Position numbers and translations under genes: made by a program. A stretch of 64,000 nucleotides of DNA, taken from contig UYFQ01000132.1 of assembly GCA_900617105.1 (NCBI GenBank), positions 1 to 64,000 on the forward strand, given 5' to 3'. The notes beneath the pieces were generated by a model. The model searched no databases. It was not told the DNA's origin and worked only from the letters and a program-made list of their open reading frames with translations. This DNA comes from Hydrurus foetidus (lineage: Eukaryota). The stretch's first letter is position 1, and each line of letters starts with the position of its first letter. This document shows positions 60,708 through 64,000 of the stretch, piece by piece.

Positions 60708-63700
60708 ACCAAAGGAGTGATTCATAAGATATCCTCACCTTGTTCTCATACAACAGAGTAATGTGCTCGTTTAAACTCTGACTAATCTGTAATACCGCCA
60801 GACCAAATTGTCGATGTTGACGTTGATTTGGTAAAAAACCAGGATGATCTAACTGAATAAGTTTCGCTGTATCTTTCGTAGCGTGTAACAAATACTCAAT
60901 TTTTTTTCCATTTTCAAAATCGAATATTTCCTCATTTTCAATATCATCAGAATTCATTTTTTTCGCCCCATACGTTCTGTAACTTTTGTATGATTTTTTG
61001 TTTGGTATAACGAAAGCATCATGTTGGCTCATGCCATGTTTAACTTCCATCCTTAAGTCATCATCGAAATTATACGTTTTGAGCGATTTCTTTTCTCTGT
61101 ATATATAGTAGTACGCCATTTCTTTACGAAACCAAACGTGATGCACTTTTTCGACTAAAATTGTGTCGAATGCTTTTATAGCGGCCGCATAATCACCTAT
61201 CAAAAAAACGGACAATTTAATGTTCATTCATTGGACAAATAAATATTCATTATAGATGCTATAGTGACATGCGTGAAAAAATAAAAAATAAAAAAAGAAA
61301 AAATAAATAAAAAATAAATAAAAATAAATATATAAATAAATTAATATACAAAAGTGGCAAGAAGCGTAAAATTAAAACTAATATAATAAATCACGAAATA
61401 ATCAAAAGGATAGGACTGACTAAAAACGTTTTGCACACACGAGTAAACACGTACGTATTTCTTACCAAGACAAGTGTAGCACACCCCTATTAAAGATGCG
61501 ACCACATGATCGACTTTCTCTTGCGCTGCGGTAGCTTTCTGCAGATCAATCAGAGCTCTGTTAGGCCATCCCAGCGTGTGCTTCAGTAACCCCCTGTAGC
61601 CGAATGCGTATTGGTAGTTCGGTTCTATTTGTATCGACTCTTCAACCAATGGCAGTGCGGCCTCCCAGTCACCTATTGCAAAAAACAACGTTAAATAGAG
61701 AAGATTTCTATTTGTGTATATAGAGGGATACGACATTATTTAAATTTCTTGTATACAGATACGTAATATATGTATTTTTTTCAAGAATTATGGTCACGAC
61801 TAGACAGCATTATCTAAAATATTCGTATAAAATGCATTTCTTACGAATATGAAGCTGTGTATGTATAGTTCTCAGCAGTCATTTTCATGCACGAAAATGT
61901 GATATTCAAGTCAAGTTGTGATCGCGACAATAAGTGCCATTACATAGACATATCATTTAATAAATATTCTATTCTATCTGTGAAGTAGCTGCACATCCCA
62001 CAGTCTTACTCGAATATGGTAACTAGATTATACGGATATGAGATATCATAGTGACAAAGTAAAATATATCTAGAAAATAAAATATAATGATGACATGGAA
62101 AAAAATCACACAAAAAAATAAATGCATCTAGAAAAAAAACGATAAAAAATACAAAATAATTAAATACCATATTCCATCAGCACAGCGGCAAGATCCATTA
62201 AAATCTCCTTGGACCTTGCACCCAATTCAAGTGCATCTCGTAGAACTTTGACACTTTTCAAGGGTTCACCTAATTCTTTATAGGCCTTGCCAATTCGACT
62301 TAATATCATAGTTTTGCTATTCTCTCCTTCTGGAATATGTTTGTCAGTATTTTTGTTTTTTTCGTTTTTATAATATAATTCCAATGAATTTTCAAATTCT
62401 TGAAGTGCGTATTTGAATTTTTTTTGTACAAAATATGATGTACCCATCATCATACGTACGTTCACTGTCTCCCCACCTAGCGCTATTATACGTGAATATG
62501 ACTCTATACTCGTTTTTAAATCCCCTGTGGCAGTGGCCACTTCGGCTCTTCTAGAGTGACCATCTATATGTGCGTCATTCCATAATATCATTTCGTTGAA
62601 TATGGCTAATGATTCAGAATATAGTCTCGATAGCGCTACTATACTCCCATGCCCTGTTTTCATTGTCAAAATGTATTGGTTAAAGTTCGTGATAAGATGA
62701 TAGATAATAAAAATAGAATTTATCATTTAGGATGTGATAAAAATAATTGCGTCATTCAATATATATGAAACGATTTCATTTTGAAAAACGAAATAGCATC
62801 AATGTATTCGCCGGTTAGCATCAAAGTTTGATTCTGTGGTCTTGCATAGCATCGTGATAAAATCACAGTCACGTATATTGTCAGAGTCATGAAGATATTT
62901 CATACAAAAATTCAATGCGTATGACAATGCTGAATACGTCATATGCATCAGACATAAACCAATATTCATATCACAGTGAATAAATTTTTTAAAGAAAATA
63001 AGAACCTCAAAAAAATTTAGCGGCATGAAATTTATCTTATATAACATAGGAACATTCTAATTTTTATGAAAAGAAAAATATTACTTCAAGGCGATAATTG
63101 TAGTACGGGAGCAGAATAAAATGGTTCCTGTTTGGTATGGGGGCTCCATACCAAACAGGAACCATTTCACTCTGCTCCCGTAATACAAGCCAAGATATGA
63201 CTTTCAAGCGCTTTCATACATTTTCTGTAATAAATGTAACTCACCAACAAATGCTCTGGCGCAAGGATTCATTTCACTTCCGTTTGAATTGCAATCAGAT
63301 GCCCACGGATGATTATCCCGGACATGCCGTAAGAACAATCCGCTTTCACGGTATATTTTCAACACTTCACTAAATATTGCAGTAGTTGTTTCAATTTCTT
63401 GAAAATGCATGTACATATGAGCAGCCGCCAGGAGGTAGTCTAATTCGCCCAATACGCTTTTGAACTCCCATCCTATTGCGATACCAAGCAAAGACTGTCT
63501 GACTGTAGGAATCGGAATTCCTTTTTTTTCCAAATTTGCAAGATAACGATTTGAACTGGAGATTTTTTTCGAATTTTCATTTTTCAAATTTTCGTTTTCA
63601 ACTGAGTCAAGTGCAGAATCCGTGTATTTTATGATGAGAGATTTTACACGGATGGTAGCTGCCTCAATTGTCAAAAATCCAGACTTGGATCTTGGACTAG

Positions 63701-64000
63701 ATTCCAGATTAATATTTTCATTTTTGTTGTTCTTGTTCATTTCTTTTTCATCAATCAATAAATTGTTGCCTCTTTTTTTCGTGTTTGATTCATCTATTCT
63801 ACTATTTTGTTTTTTTCGCGACAATGCTTTTCGTCTTTGAAGTTCCTTTCTAAAACGCTTCATGTTCCTTCTCCTTCTTCTTCTCCTTCTCATGCGAATT
63901 TGTTCCTCGTCTTCTTCTTCTTCTTCTTCCTCCTCCTCCTCCTCCTCTTCTTCTTCTTCCTCCTCCTCCTCCTCTTCATCTACTTCTTGTGATTTTTTAA
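55408..64000 (-). CDS. TTC13: TPR protein of the TTC13 / SRFR1 family, multi-exon, 5' end beyond the window
   Basis: TPR-like exons 60740-62660; PGFLPNQRQHRQFGLA; FGWRDMFDTAVRWRQLSEP..VYWLD; RYHTYND; YYWVNYAPITRGTSATGY; VQYDWVAMF. The leftmost-transcribed exon frame is open to the window end. Confidence 0.8.
56321..56467. repeat. 34-bp intronic minisatellite, about 4.3 copies
   Basis: Unit AGAAAAGAAGAATGATAGTGATGAGAGGA(A/G)GAAG. Confidence 0.9.
60600..60707. repeat. (TCAG)n / TCAGTGTA intronic microsatellite
   Basis: Direct tandem repeat. Confidence 0.85.
63098..63188. repeat. 91-bp near-perfect palindrome in an intron
   Basis: Arms of about 43 bp with 3 mismatches around a 5-nt loop. Confidence 0.9.

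Overview
Eukaryotic genomic DNA with GT-AG introns and microsatellite-filled introns, probably from a flagellated protist. A stramenopile is inferred from the Crypton and Copia types plus a Rib72/EFHC gene; this is not proven. Host genes: a divergent TDP1-like gene (5' end upstream of the window), glutathione reductase, a small unknown ORF, EFHC/Rib72, a BRWD/PHIP-like gene and a TTC13/SRFR1-like TPR gene (runs off the right end). A ~27 kb nest of mobile elements (~10.9-38.3 kb) holds Harbinger-type MITEs, a Crypton tyrosine-recombinase gene split by a chromodomain Gypsy, a ~280-bp MITE carrying three insertions (MITE, pogo-like DDE element, Copia), and a second Copia inserted in the terminal repeat of another DNA element. 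Main result: neither Copia family has a tRNA-type primer-binding site. In each, the 11-12 nt directly abutting the 5' LTR is the exact reverse complement of a segment inside its own LTR, in the geometry of Tf1-style self-priming. This suggests tRNA-independent, self-primed Copia elements. All protein assignments come from motif recognition by eye, not database searches.
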